A stretch of DNA of 49,125 bases from Candidatus Heimdallarchaeota archaeon (GCA_048881705.1 JBHLSH010000018.1:1-49125); one strand, 5' to 3'. Shown: positions 27,411 to 38,063, numbered from the stretch's first letter. Notes: a model not told the origin generated them from the letters alone. Made by a program: numbers and translations.

Positions 27411-28529
27411 TTACATAGGAGAAGGACTAATCTTAGCTTGGAAATACTGCTTGAGTTTGGACCGATCTAAAATACTCCAATGAATTAGCACATCGAAGGC
27501 AAACAGCGGAAGGGCAATGAACAAAATCAACGGAGCCTCGAGGAAAGCTCCAGAAAACAAATAAAATGATAAAAATGCGATATGAAAATACATAAAGACG
27601 ATCAGTGGGACCAATGCAACGTCCTTTTCAAATTTAGGACGCGCCTTGATGAGGGCTATGACCTGAACTCCAATCGCAATAGCTAAGAAGTAACTTAAGT
27701 TAAGCATCATTACGGCCTGAGTCGGTAGGGTGTCAGGCGTTGAAAGAATGGGTGTGTCGGTTAGGAAATTTAGTGGTGGTGGTGTGAGAAGTGATCCAAC
27801 GAAAAGGGGAATTAAAGCAACAATAGGGAGACTGAGATAATAGAAAAACGTGACTTTTCTAGATACGTGATATTCAGCATCAAGAATATTCTTCTCTGCT
27901 CGCAATAACGCAGAAAAAGTGAATACAACAATAAGCCATCCCGTGAAATTCCCATAGGTGACCCCGAAAAACCCATTCGACGTAGGAAGCGATTCAAAAG
28001 GAACCGTTAACCAGTTCCAAAAACCGCCATCTACTCGAATTGCAATGGTATCCAACGACATATCGATAGTTAACGCCAAAATGCCATCTAAAGAGGGTCT
28101 TGACCATTCTGGTAATCCAATTCGATCAGAAACTTGCATACAGGAGTAGAGAATTAAACCCCAGTATAGCCCTGCACTGATCGGGACATTGTCGGGGGCA
28201 GTACCAGCTTGAATCAGAAACTGAGTTGAATAAGTGTAAACTTCGTAAAGTAAGACGTTCATGAATTCTAAACTTATTCCAAAAAGACTCCCAATAAGGA
28301 TCTGGGCGACAGCTCGGTAATCCTTTTTGTTAAGTCCCAAATATACGATACTGAACGTAAAAAGCAGAAATCCTGCCATTTCAAAGATTAAGGTGAACAA
28401 TCCCATGACTGTCTGCACTCTTATAGGGCCAATATATAATATAGGGCCTATATATATACATAGTTTTACCCATAGACTGGCATTTTCGGTGACAAATGCG
28501 ATAAGAGGAAGGTTGACGAAGATTTCCAA
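27411..28529 (-). CDS. CruF/carotenoid-biosynthesis-family (DUF422-like) membrane protein
   Basis: It is a multi-TM protein with E...V.L...YTY, VPI...LYW, DMSLD.IA...WNW and FFGV.YGNFTGW. Confidence 0.6.
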   Translation of the reverse strand: MEIFVNLPLIAFVTENASLWVKLCIYIGPILYIGPIRVQTVMGLFTLIFEMAGFLLFTFSIVYLGLNKKDYRAVAQILIGSLFGISLEFMNVLLYEVYTYSTQFLIQAGTAPDNVPISAGLYWGLILYSCMQVSDRIGLPEWSRPSLDGILALTIDMSLDTIAIRVDGGFWNWLTVPFESLPTSNGFFGVTYGNFTGWLIVVFTFSALLRAEKNILDAEYHVSRKVTFFYYLSLPIVALIPLFVGSLLTPPPLNFLTDTPILSTPDTLPTQAVMMLNLSYFLAIAIGVQVIALIKARPKFEKDVALVPLIVFMYFHIAFLSFYLFSGAFLEAPLILFIALPLFAFDVLIHWSILDRSKLKQYFQAKISPSPM

Positions 28530-29557
28530 GGAAATAACAGGGTTAGGCGGCTTTCTTCAGCTCTCCCGTGTTCTTGGGTTCAATCCTGTCTTTTAATGCA
28601 AAAAAATACGCATCGTAGCCAGGAATGGCTGAATCAGAGGGGTGAGATTGGATAAAAAGGGGGATCCGTTTTAATCCCTTGAAATCAAATAGCTGGAAGT
28701 GGTCGAAGAGTTGATGTCCCACGGCCAAAAGGCCTTACCTGACTTCATATCGGTGACGAAACTCGAAACGTCCCTAACTCTTGCGTGATAAATCCTGAGA
28801 AACCACAACGAAAGCAGATGCTAAGCTTGCAATTGATCAAAACGGGGAAATGAGCATATTTATTTCCGAAAAAGAAGTCTCTAACAACGGGAATACTGAG
28901 TTTAGGCAAAAACCGCACGTATTATGATCTTAGATTCCTTTTTTCAATAATATTGGGAAGAAGGCCTTCCTCTAGATTCGATTTACAGCACATTGGGCTG
29001 GACGTGCCCGGGTTTGTTTTATTTGATGATTCCAGAAGGTTCACGTTCATATTTGCCGCTAAAATCTACCTTATAAACTGGGCTGTTGAACTAAATCGTG
29101 TTTAATTTTGGTTTATTGGCTTGTATGATCCATTCTGGCGTCAAACTAGGTCCTACCCAACATAACCCATCCAAAGTAAGCATTAAAAAACTCGTTCTTC
29201 ATTAGCAGAGAGGCCAAGTATTCCCGAAAATAGTATCCAGCAATCACGACACATCAAAGATTACAATCTGCATTAAAATTCGCCTTATAGAATTTTGAAG
29301 ATATCGCAACTCATTTCCCTACTTTTATCTGTCTGGATGTTCTGTTCAAAGTAGACAGTGGTGGCTTTTGATCACCGAAAAACTTTCAGAACGTGACTCT
29401 TCCTTTGTCTGATCATAATTACTTCAATCCAGCTTTATTATCCGAAAGCTCAAGCATTGAAGGGGTGATTAGTTGGATCACGGGTTGCGGAAGGTATAAA
29501 AGGAGGGTAAATCGAATTAAGTCAGAGATCTGGTCTAAGAAATTGGAAGGAGAACGG

Positions 29558-30085
29558 ATGTCGGATGGAAAAAAGACCCTTAGTGACATAAAGACGGTAG
29601 TGGAACTCGAAGCGTTTCTGACAAGGCCCGAGTTCCGACAAGATCCCTATAAATATGAGGATCGCGATTTTTCGGAGTTTTGGCGTATATTAGAAGACGA
29701 TGGAATAACGGCGGACGCCTGGATCCGTTACTCCTACGAGGAAATGAACGGAAAAGGCTTTAATCTCAATCCATTGTGGGAGGATGTCAAAATAGCAAGG
29801 GATTGGGAAATCCTGCTGGGTTACGAGGCTTTTTATGCTCGAGTCGCCGTGGATCCCAAGGCCCTCAAAATTCTCTTGTTTTTGTTCGAACCTCCCCCGT
29901 ACGGGCATATTCCAGACGATCTCTGGATCGTTAAACTGGAATTTCTACCGGGTCGTGCCGATTTTCGGCAGAGATTGAAATTGATCTTAGATGACTGTCA
30001 TACCTGGGCTGGTGAGCAGGGCTTCAAGACGGTGCTTGATAAAATCGATGAATTAATTGGCAGGTACGGATTGAGGGAGAAATGA
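29558..30085 (+). CDS. Hypothetical protein (~175 aa)
   Basis: The ORF has an ATG at 29558 preceded by GGAAGGAG. The acidic globular sequence matches no family I recognise. Confidence 0.65.
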   Translation: MSDGKKTLSDIKTVVELEAFLTRPEFRQDPYKYEDRDFSEFWRILEDDGITADAWIRYSYEEMNGKGFNLNPLWEDVKIARDWEILLGYEAFYARVAVDPKALKILLFLFEPPPYGHIPDDLWIVKLEFLPGRADFRQRLKLILDDCHTWAGEQGFKTVLDKIDELIGRYGLREK

Positions 30086-30406
30086 CCCCTGGAGACTACT
30101 GGCGTGGGAGTGTGGCGTGTTTTGCGGGGGCCCTCCTGTGCATCCTTAATTATATGCTGTTCATCTTTGATAGACTTGAGAATAGCATCAGTCTGGGACA
30201 TCGATACGACCATTTTCAACTCAATGGCTTATTTGCAGACATCTCACGGTCCCTTTTGCTCGCACCCGAGTGGCAGTTAGGAAGCGGCGCTGGATAAAGC
30301 AACGGCCCGTGCGAAGGAATTAAGCCGGGAGGAGGAGGATCTTACCCGCGAAGCCCAAAATCTCAAAATTAGGTCTCCAATCCCTTTAACAAACTTTGAA
30401 GAGTGA
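30082..30406 (+). pseudogene. Possible frameshifted small membrane/coiled-coil gene
   Basis: ATGA overlaps the upstream stop and a TM-like segment follows. After a +1 shift near 30280 the frame reads EAALDKATARAKELSREEEDLTREAQNLK...EE*. Confidence 0.25.
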
Positions 30407-30697
30407 TTCAGACTCAGTTTAAATCTGTTTATGGATGTTTTTTACCCAATATGGAGCAATCCTTGATCCAATCCAGTCCAAATTAACCATACGCTCAGTA
30501 TTGCCACAACACCCAGCCTTATAAAGAGATTGTAATTTATTTACAATAACCGCGCTTGGTGACCCCTGAACCCAACAGGTCAAAAGGAACGTTGGAATCG
30601 GGTGATTGAGCATGATGCATACACCAGGCTGTAATAAGCTTCGGATGAATGAAATCAGGTATAGTGCAAATCTAATGAATTTAAAGGATGGAATCAA

Positions 30698-31753
30698 GTG
30701 TCAAACAGCTATATGATCGAGGTTGATAATTTAACAAAAAATTACATCTCAAAAAAGCGTCTTGGACTGATAAAAAGCGAGAAAAAGGTAGTGGAAGCCC
30801 TAAGAGGAGTTTCTTTCCACGTCGAGAAGGGAGAGATTTTTGGACTTCTCGGTCCAAACGGCGCAGGCAAAACCACATTGATCAAGATCCTCACTACCTT
30901 GCTTCTTCCAACGTCCGGGACTGCAAAAGTTAACGGGTTCTCACTGGAGGAAGATAAAGGAATTAAAGCATCAATAGGTGCTATGCTCATGGGGGAGCGT
31001 GGATTATATTGGAAACTGACAGGCCGAGAGAATCTGGCATATTTCGGGTCACTATATCATGTCCCGAAGAAGACGCGAAGGGAGCGAATTAAGTCATTGG
31101 TTGATCTCTTGGAACTGGAAGAGTTCGTGGATCGGACGGTCGAAACCTTATCATCGGGACAGAAAATGAAAATGGTGTTTGCACGATCTTTGATCAATGA
31201 TGCGCCACTTCTGATGTTAGATGAGCCAACCAATACTCTTGATGTTAAGGAGGCAAGGAGACTTCGACAAGTAGTTAGAGAGCATAATGAAGATCGTGGA
31301 AAGACGATTGTGTATTGTACTCACATTATGCAAGAAGCAGATGAACTTTGTCATCGAATTGGAATCATCGATAAAGGCCAGATTATCGCTATTGACGACC
31401 CTGAAACATTGAAGGAGAACCTTAAGGAAACGGATAGTTTGAGTATAGAAGGCACTATTCCTGAGGTAGCCATTTCAGCGGTGAGTGCCTTGCCAAATGT
31501 TCTAACTGCAAATATTCTCACAAAGCGTAATGGAGCCAACGGATCCACCAAAGAGACACCCTATCTCAATGTAGTTTGTAAGGATAGCCGCCTAGCTCTC
31601 CCAGACATTATTACGGTTTTGAGTAAAAATGGTGCTGTTATCCGGGACCTCTCACGACTTGAGACTACATTGGAAGATGTATTCCTTTCGAAAACGGGAC
31701 GTTCCCTGATGGATGACACAAGAGAGGGAACAGTTTCTAGACCGACCTCTTAG
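30698..31753 (+). CDS. ABC-2 (DrrA/NodI-like) exporter ATP-binding protein
   Basis: It has GPNGAGKTT, LSSGQKMK, LMLDEPT and THIMQEADELC. Confidence 0.9.
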   Translation: MSNSYMIEVDNLTKNYISKKRLGLIKSEKKVVEALRGVSFHVEKGEIFGLLGPNGAGKTTLIKILTTLLLPTSGTAKVNGFSLEEDKGIKASIGAMLMGERGLYWKLTGRENLAYFGSLYHVPKKTRRERIKSLVDLLELEEFVDRTVETLSSGQKMKMVFARSLINDAPLLMLDEPTNTLDVKEARRLRQVVREHNEDRGKTIVYCTHIMQEADELCHRIGIIDKGQIIAIDDPETLKENLKETDSLSIEGTIPEVAISAVSALPNVLTANILTKRNGANGSTKETPYLNVVCKDSRLALPDIITVLSKNGAVIRDLSRLETTLEDVFLSKTGRSLMDDTREGTVSRPTS

Positions 31754-31768
31754 GAGGAAATCCAATCA

Positions 31769-32644
31769 ATGACCGTTGTTGTACCAAGAACGTCCTTTCG
31801 TAACCATTGGGATGTCGCATGGAATACTTTCATCATGAGACTCAAAACGATTTCACGATACAAAGGGAGCCTCCTCATGGATATTCTCTTGCCCCTCTTC
31901 TTTGCAACTATGCCTATCCTTCTTGGACAGGCCATGGCAGGATCCATTGAGGCCGCCTCAGCGAACTTTCGAGAGAATACAGGACTCACAAGCGCGAACT
32001 ATGTAGCCTTTATGATAATTGGAGCGAATGTTTTTGCATCCGTCTTGGCAAGCTTTTGGTTACTTGGATTTTATATTCGACGCGAGCAGCAGTTAGGTAC
32101 GTTAGAACCCGTATTTATGACACCAGCCAATAGGCTCAGCGTTTTTGGCGGAATTGTGCTCTACATTCAGGCACGTACCACCTTTACATTCCTTGCTGGC
32201 TATTTTTTGGGGTGTTTATTGTATTCTGTCAATCCAATCCAGGAAGGCTTTCTGGCATTCATACTGGCCTACCTCATCCTGATGTTCGGATTGATCCCTA
32301 TATTCGGGCTATCTTTTATAATGGGTGCCGTTACGTTGAAAGTAAAACAAGCGAACAGCCTATTTAACACCATTCAATGGTTTCTGGGAATTTTAATGGG
32401 AACATTTATTCCCATAACTGTCTTACCTGTGTTCATTCAGATGTTAGCCTTGATTTTTCCGGGTTATTATCTAAATTACACTGTACAGGCGACACTTACA
32501 GGACTGGACTGGTTTTTTGGCAGTTTATACCTGGATGTCGCGGTTTTGTTCATATTTGCTTTGATCTGTGTATCACTTGGCTATAGGATCTTCGATAGAA
32601 CCGAATCACGTAGTAAACGTGGTGAAGGGATCGGACAATTTTAG
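31769..32644 (+). CDS. ABC-2 type exporter permease
   Basis: It is a ~6-TM protein with REQQLGTLEPVFMTP and G.FIPITVLP. Confidence 0.85.
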   Translation: MTVVVPRTSFRNHWDVAWNTFIMRLKTISRYKGSLLMDILLPLFFATMPILLGQAMAGSIEAASANFRENTGLTSANYVAFMIIGANVFASVLASFWLLGFYIRREQQLGTLEPVFMTPANRLSVFGGIVLYIQARTTFTFLAGYFLGCLLYSVNPIQEGFLAFILAYLILMFGLIPIFGLSFIMGAVTLKVKQANSLFNTIQWFLGILMGTFIPITVLPVFIQMLALIFPGYYLNYTVQATLTGLDWFFGSLYLDVAVLFIFALICVSLGYRIFDRTESRSKRGEGIGQF

Positions 32645-32656
32645 GAGGACACAAAA

Positions 32657-33493
32657 ATGGGATATGCAACTTCTCCAAACCGACAAATTGAATCTGGATC
32701 ATGGTGGAGGCAGTTTTGGGCCATGGTTCGTAAAGAATTTATCGTTCTAACTCGCTACAAACTCAATTTCGCCCTCTCATTTCTTCAAATTTTTCTAATA
32801 ATGTTTATTTTTACGGGAGCGGCCTTAATCCTTACACCGGCCGATAAGGCAGAATACAGTGTCGGACTGATGTTTTATTCCTTTGTGCTTTTCATTTTTC
32901 TCTCCACTGCCCTTTGGGACATCGGTAACTCATTAAGAGAGGAGCAATATCAAGGAACCCTTGAAAGTCTCTTTATGACGCCGATTAGTTACTTTTCCAC
33001 TCTTGTTTCCCGAATCTTTTCGAACATGGTTTGGACTTCATTAAATGTAGTGTGGGCATTCATATTCATGTCACTTATTTTTGGGAAACTTCCCTTGCTA
33101 AATGCAACACTTGGGCTGTTCATTCTATTATTAAGTCTGTTTGTTTGCTTTGGATTCTCCTTTGGGTTTGCGAGTCTAGCGCTGCGCTACAAAGAGTCAA
33201 TGAATGTATTAACCAATTTCCTCCAATTCATTTTGATGATATTTTGTGCCATGTTCTTCCCGTTTTCAGCCCTTCCTGACATTATATTAGTGGTTTCAAG
33301 GCTAATTCCATTATCCTACTGCGTGGATCTCTTTCGTTCAACAATGATCGGTGTCCCGCCTGAACTACTTCCCTATGAACTCGAGTTTATTCTAGTAGTA
33401 GGGTTCGCTATTATCCTACCTTTGCTGGGAATTTGGTTCTTTAAGCGCACGGTGTTCAAGGCCAAGCAAGTGGGTAATCTGGCAGAATACTAA
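32657..33493 (+). CDS. ABC-2 type exporter permease (second paralog)
   Basis: It is a ~6-TM protein with REEQYQGTLESLFMTP, FFPFSALP and PLSYCVDLFR. Confidence 0.85.
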   Translation: MGYATSPNRQIESGSWWRQFWAMVRKEFIVLTRYKLNFALSFLQIFLIMFIFTGAALILTPADKAEYSVGLMFYSFVLFIFLSTALWDIGNSLREEQYQGTLESLFMTPISYFSTLVSRIFSNMVWTSLNVVWAFIFMSLIFGKLPLLNATLGLFILLLSLFVCFGFSFGFASLALRYKESMNVLTNFLQFILMIFCAMFFPFSALPDIILVVSRLIPLSYCVDLFRSTMIGVPPELLPYELEFILVVGFAIILPLLGIWFFKRTVFKAKQVGNLAEY

Positions 33494-33584
33494 GGAACCA
33501 ATAGTATTCTCCAGCATTTTTCTATATGATGATCAACATTCAGCATTAATTTGGATAACCGAACTTCGAAAGGTGAGCATTTGT

Positions 33585-36500
33585 ATGACTTCTTCACAAT
33601 TATGGGATCGAACAGAAATCGCAAGTTTAGATGCATTTAAAGGCAAGATAAGACCTATTAATCTTGAAACGGATTCTGGAAAACTCGCAACATTTTTTAA
33701 TGAAATTGATGATCTTTGGCCGGGCTCATTTACTCAAGGTCTGAAATATGACGCACCGCGCGCTCGGGAATTTGTTGAAAAGAGAAGCGCGCTGGAAACT
33801 TTGGTTGCTTTTGACCAAGAACGATTGGTTGGATTTTGTTCCGTTCATAAACGGATGGAGGAACCTGGCGTATCGTATATTGGGATATTGGGGGCCCATC
33901 CCGATGTATTGGGACAGAAATATGGAAAACACCTTTTATTGGCCGCCGTAGAGTTTGCTGTGGAAAATGGTCATCAAAGACAGGATCTTCATACTTGGCC
34001 ATCCAATATGAAGGCAGTTCCGTTATATAAAAAAATCGGGCTTCAATGGGTTCCAGACACCAATGTCTACATGCAAAACTATGTCCCGAGTATCCTTCAA
34101 AACGCATTCTGTAAACCGTTTTTTGAGAAACACCCACAGTGGTACCTAAACCAAGTGCGAGAGATCCACCAGGCACCTGATGATACAACTTATGGAAACG
34201 ATCTGAAGGGGTTTGTCTATCGTTTTGAAGAGGGAAACGATGTCCTCGAAGTGATAGTTGATCGATACAGTCGTTCTATTGCAGGAATCACTCGTGAAAT
34301 CGACGGGAAGAAAATCAGCTGTATATTGCAACAAAACCGACATGAAGTATTCACAGGAACGGCAGAAAACTTATCCCTCAACATTACGAATGAGGAAATG
34401 TCTTCTGATCTGCAGATTGCAGTTTCTTTTGAGGGTTCCAAGGAAGTACAAATAACAAGCCTTCAGGAAACCATCGTAGTTCCTCCAGGGAAAACGGTAA
34501 CTCTGGAGAAGACGTATACTATAAATGATTCCACCTTAGATTCGAATATTAATCGTAAAACTCCCTCAATTAAAGGAAAACTTATGATCAATGGCTTGGC
34601 ATTCACTCTTGAAGCAGGAATGCGAGCACGCCAACAGGTTGAGATTTCAATGGCCGAAACTTCTTGGTGGATTCCTACGGGAGATCAAGATATTCACCTA
34701 AAACTACAAAACCGAGCTACTAAAGCGTCTACCGGAAATCTAATTCTTTGGACGAATTCAAACGTTGAAATTACACCATCGGTCATTCCCATAACACTAG
34801 CTCCGGAAGAAAATGCTGGCGTCTCATTTCAGATTTCTACTCCTCCCATCACGGATCCAACGTCAAGCATAACTTTATACTGTCAGGCACGCTTGGAAGA
34901 GTGCTCTAGTCGCGTTTATGAGATTCCGTTGTTTCTTGCAGATAAACCAATGCTTGCGGCGAGCCTGGTTCAGGATCGAAAGCAGGTAATTCTTCAAAAT
35001 CAGTATGTGCGATGCATTATCAACCTTGAGGGTGCAACCTTAAAGCTTAGATCTACAGATCTGACAAGTATGGGAATCGGTTTAGGAACCTTTGATTATG
35101 GTCCTCCCTTTGGATTCTCAGAATTTGACCAAAAAGAGTTTTCTTGTAAAATGATTGATCAAACGCACTCCAAGCTAGTCCGTTTGACAAAGAAAAGCCA
35201 AACAAATCCAAACCTAGTATTTCACCGGATCTTCGAACTCAGTCCGGGAGAAACCCACGTATGCTGTTGGGAAGAAATCGAGAACCTGGATCTAACAGAG
35301 GATTCTGTAACAATCTTAATCCATCCTAATTTCATTGAAGGGATTCAACTTCCTCTAGGTCTCACGTATCTCGTTTTCGATGGTACAGGAGTTTCAGGAC
35401 CAAACTTCTACTGGCCTGCAGGTAGAGGAGACCTGCCGGAAGGAACTGATCGATACGAGCCATGGATCTTTATCCGATCAGGAGAAAATGGTTTCTACCA
35501 CATTTTTGAGACCCCTAATGTTCTAGCTGATCCAAGTAGGAGTAAATTGGTGACATTGGAAAAAAAGATTTCCATTCCTCCATTGAAATCGAGTGTGGGC
35601 CCGAGAAGTTGGCTGGGATGTGGCCGCGGAATTGATGTTGAGGAAATACGTTCCCTCGCCTATTATCTTGTAAAACAGGAAAGAATATCCCTTCTGGAAG
35701 GAATCTTTACAACCAAACCATTTTTGGCACTGGAAATTCCAGCTGATCAATTAGTCATTGGAGAAAAGGAAGTTAAAATCGATCTAACGTTATCATCAAC
35801 CAGAAGTCTACCCTTGGATGGACAGTTAACAGTTAAACTCCCTAGTGGATGGGAAGCGGCCTCCACTCAATTTGCAATTAAAAGTTTGAATCTTTTGAAT
35901 CCCCATAGCGTTGAACTTATCTTAAAGATTCCATCGGAGGTTACGGATGGGATCTACAATCTTGAATTTGAGATTACAACACCTTTCTTTCAGCGGACGG
36001 AAAAAAGATCTTTCATTATCTTTGACGGCAAGAATCCGCCGGAGATTACTGATCTACCTGTCATTGAAAAGAAGGAACGTGTATCTGTAAAAAATAATAG
36101 CCTAGAAGTGATTTCATCCAAGGATTTCGGTGCTTGCGTTACCCAACTTAATTACAAGGGAGTTCCTCTGCTAATATCAAATTTTCCGACTGTTAGTCCC
36201 TCAATTATATTCACAAGAGATCCCGCTGGCATTGTTACATTTTTACAAACGTCTGAAGACAATCTCTCAGATATGAAGAATTTGGACGAAACCTATACTT
36301 CTCGACCCAAAATTTCTGATCATTGGTCTGGGGTCGAATACTCTGTTAAGATTCACGAATTAAAATCGCTCAAGGGCCTTGTGATGAACATCGGTTATGA
36401 GCTTCTTGGCGGGGATTTGGGATTGCTTCGAGTAAGAACTGTAATCCAAAACCGGTCTTCAACATATTTTCAATTTCTTTGCTTTAGTCTCATCACCGTA

Positions 36501-36839
36501 GGATTAGCAGGTAAACCTGAAACATTAATGGTTACCTTACCGATGGGTAACACCCCACCTTTCCATTTTTCACGTGAAAATCCGATTCCGATAATAGGAA
36601 CTGGGTCTTCTGATTTGCCATATCTCACATTTGAGATCGAAGGACACAAACTTACCATAATCCCGACATCATCGTTCTCGAAAATATTTCCAGTTGATGC
36701 AGGTAAGATGTGGAGTGCTGGAGGAATAGCAACCTTTTGGTCTCTTGCCCCTGGACAAACACAGGAGGTCAGCTTTTTCTTAGTCGTTGATGCACAGAGG
36801 GATCAACATTTAGAGGAAATCAAGCGGATTTTCTCATGA
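33585..36839 (+). CDS. Large GNAT-family acetyltransferase with ~800-aa beta-rich C-terminal extension
   Basis: N-terminal GNAT motifs are LGAHPDVLGQKYGKHLL and HTWPSNMKAVPLYKKIG. The ATG at 33585 follows an AGGTGA SD. Confidence 0.8.
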   Translation: MTSSQLWDRTEIASLDAFKGKIRPINLETDSGKLATFFNEIDDLWPGSFTQGLKYDAPRAREFVEKRSALETLVAFDQERLVGFCSVHKRMEEPGVSYIGILGAHPDVLGQKYGKHLLLAAVEFAVENGHQRQDLHTWPSNMKAVPLYKKIGLQWVPDTNVYMQNYVPSILQNAFCKPFFEKHPQWYLNQVREIHQAPDDTTYGNDLKGFVYRFEEGNDVLEVIVDRYSRSIAGITREIDGKKISCILQQNRHEVFTGTAENLSLNITNEEMSSDLQIAVSFEGSKEVQITSLQETIVVPPGKTVTLEKTYTINDSTLDSNINRKTPSIKGKLMINGLAFTLEAGMRARQQVEISMAETSWWIPTGDQDIHLKLQNRATKASTGNLILWTNSNVEITPSVIPITLAPEENAGVSFQISTPPITDPTSSITLYCQARLEECSSRVYEIPLFLADKPMLAASLVQDRKQVILQNQYVRCIINLEGATLKLRSTDLTSMGIGLGTFDYGPPFGFSEFDQKEFSCKMIDQTHSKLVRLTKKSQTNPNLVFHRIFELSPGETHVCCWEEIENLDLTEDSVTILIHPNFIEGIQLPLGLTYLVFDGTGVSGPNFYWPAGRGDLPEGTDRYEPWIFIRSGENGFYHIFETPNVLADPSRSKLVTLEKKISIPPLKSSVGPRSWLGCGRGIDVEEIRSLAYYLVKQERISLLEGIFTTKPFLALEIPADQLVIGEKEVKIDLTLSSTRSLPLDGQLTVKLPSGWEAASTQFAIKSLNLLNPHSVELILKIPSEVTDGIYNLEFEITTPFFQRTEKRSFIIFDGKNPPEITDLPVIEKKERVSVKNNSLEVISSKDFGACVTQLNYKGVPLLISNFPTVSPSIIFTRDPAGIVTFLQTSEDNLSDMKNLDETYTSRPKISDHWSGVEYSVKIHELKSLKGLVMNIGYELLGGDLGLLRVRTVIQNRSSTYFQFLCFSLITVGLAGKPETLMVTLPMGNTPPFHFSRENPIPIIGTGSSDLPYLTFEIEGHKLTIIPTSSFSKIFPVDAGKMWSAGGIATFWSLAPGQTQEVSFFLVVDAQRDQHLEEIKRIFS

Positions 36840-36864
36840 ACCTTCTACGGTTTGATTATCGGAA

Positions 36865-37185
36865 CTAGGTACCCAATATTTCTTTCATGGCATTTTTATA
36901 TGCTTCAAAAACCTGTCGACCTTTTGAAGTTATTTCCAGAATTGTAACGGGCTTTTTACCACGAAATTCTTTACTGATCTTAATATATCCTGCATCCTCT
37001 AGCCTTGAGGCATGCGATGACAGGTTCCCCCAAGTTAAATTCGTTTTTCGTTTAAAAAAGATTAGATCAGCGTTTTTCACCACATAGAGATGTGAAATAA
37101 TAATCAGACGGGAGGGTTCATGGATGAGCTTATCAAAGTTCGTTGCAAACCGGAAATCTTCTGAACTGATTTGTTGATCGTTCAG
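36865..37185 (-). CDS. Small winged-helix transcriptional regulator (probable CTG start)
   Basis: The family motif DKLIHEPSRL...ADL......LTWGNLSSH..RLEDAGYI extends upstream of the track start. The only plausible start is the CTG at 37185, which overlaps the upstream TGA (CTGA). Confidence 0.8.
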   Translation of the reverse strand: MNDQQISSEDFRFATNFDKLIHEPSRLIIISHLYVVKNADLIFFKRKTNLTWGNLSSHASRLEDAGYIKISKEFRGKKPVTILEITSKGRQVFEAYKNAMKEILGT

Positions 37186-37820
37186 TCTTCTTCCCCCTCT
37201 GTTGTGACAACTGGATATCGACGGATAAACAGAAAGTACCTAATGATCCCAACCAAAAGGGCTATGACCCCTAAGGTGACGAAGTACAGAATTATATTAT
37301 CGTATCCTTCAATAAACTTGAAAATTGAAAAAAGAAAACCGAGAAGTGTTGCAATAATTCCGAGAAGGTAATATCGAGTCTGTCCAGTGTTTTCTACAAG
37401 ATAGAGACTGGGACCAAACATCACAAGTCCAAAGAACAGAGCACCATATTCTACGATTAATTGCATGTCAGAAGTTTCCTTCTCAACCATGATCATGACC
37501 AAAAATGTAATCAATATGGCGCCTGCTATCAATATGAGAAATGTCAGAAGAGCTTTTTTGGTGCTATAGCCTTCTTTTTCCTCTTCACGAATTAATACTA
37601 CCCGACCAATTCTCGGATATGTGGTTCGTTCGCGTATGAAATCTAGACCGTAACGCCCATAAAAAATCAAAAACGGTACAAATACAACAATGAAGGGAAG
37701 ACGAAAAAACAAGGGAGTCGCGAGTAGCAAGATCCCGGCCAGAATTTCTGTAATCCCATCAATCATTAGTTCGTTGTAAGTGCTTTGTTCAATTTTCTTT
37801 AAATCAATTTGATTGTTCAT
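37182..37820 (-). CDS. Multi-pass membrane protein, co-transcribed with the wHTH regulator
   Basis: It has ~6 TM segments and a central TYPRIGRV motif, and overlaps the next gene by 4 bp. Confidence 0.75.
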   Translation of the reverse strand: MNNQIDLKKIEQSTYNELMIDGITEILAGILLLATPLFFRLPFIVVFVPFLIFYGRYGLDFIRERTTYPRIGRVVLIREEEKEGYSTKKALLTFLILIAGAILITFLVMIMVEKETSDMQLIVEYGALFFGLVMFGPSLYLVENTGQTRYYLLGIIATLLGFLFSIFKFIEGYDNIILYFVTLGVIALLVGIIRYFLFIRRYPVVTTEGEED

Positions 37821-38063
37821 TTTTGGTCAAATAGTAGTTTACTTCACACCTATAAATAGCTTTGTATAGAGTACTTCTATGAAACAAAGTATTTCCAAAT
37901 GGGTTTAAACTCGATCATTATCCTCAAATTATAAGAAAATACGTAAAAAGTCGATGATCACAGGTTTGAGACTTGATTAAGGCGTGAAATGTTTGGAAAA
38001 AGTCATTAGAGTGGTTAAAAATGGAAATTCATAATGAATGGCTACGCTTCCATTCAGTCCAAT

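Noticed and set aside
29470-29500. GGATCAC resembling the 16S rRNA 3' end
   Set aside because: It is not followed by CTCCT and there is no rRNA context.
30419-30697. 92-aa minus-strand ORF upstream of the ABC ATPase
   Set aside because: It abuts the ATPase start head-to-head with no promoter space and has no recognisable domain.
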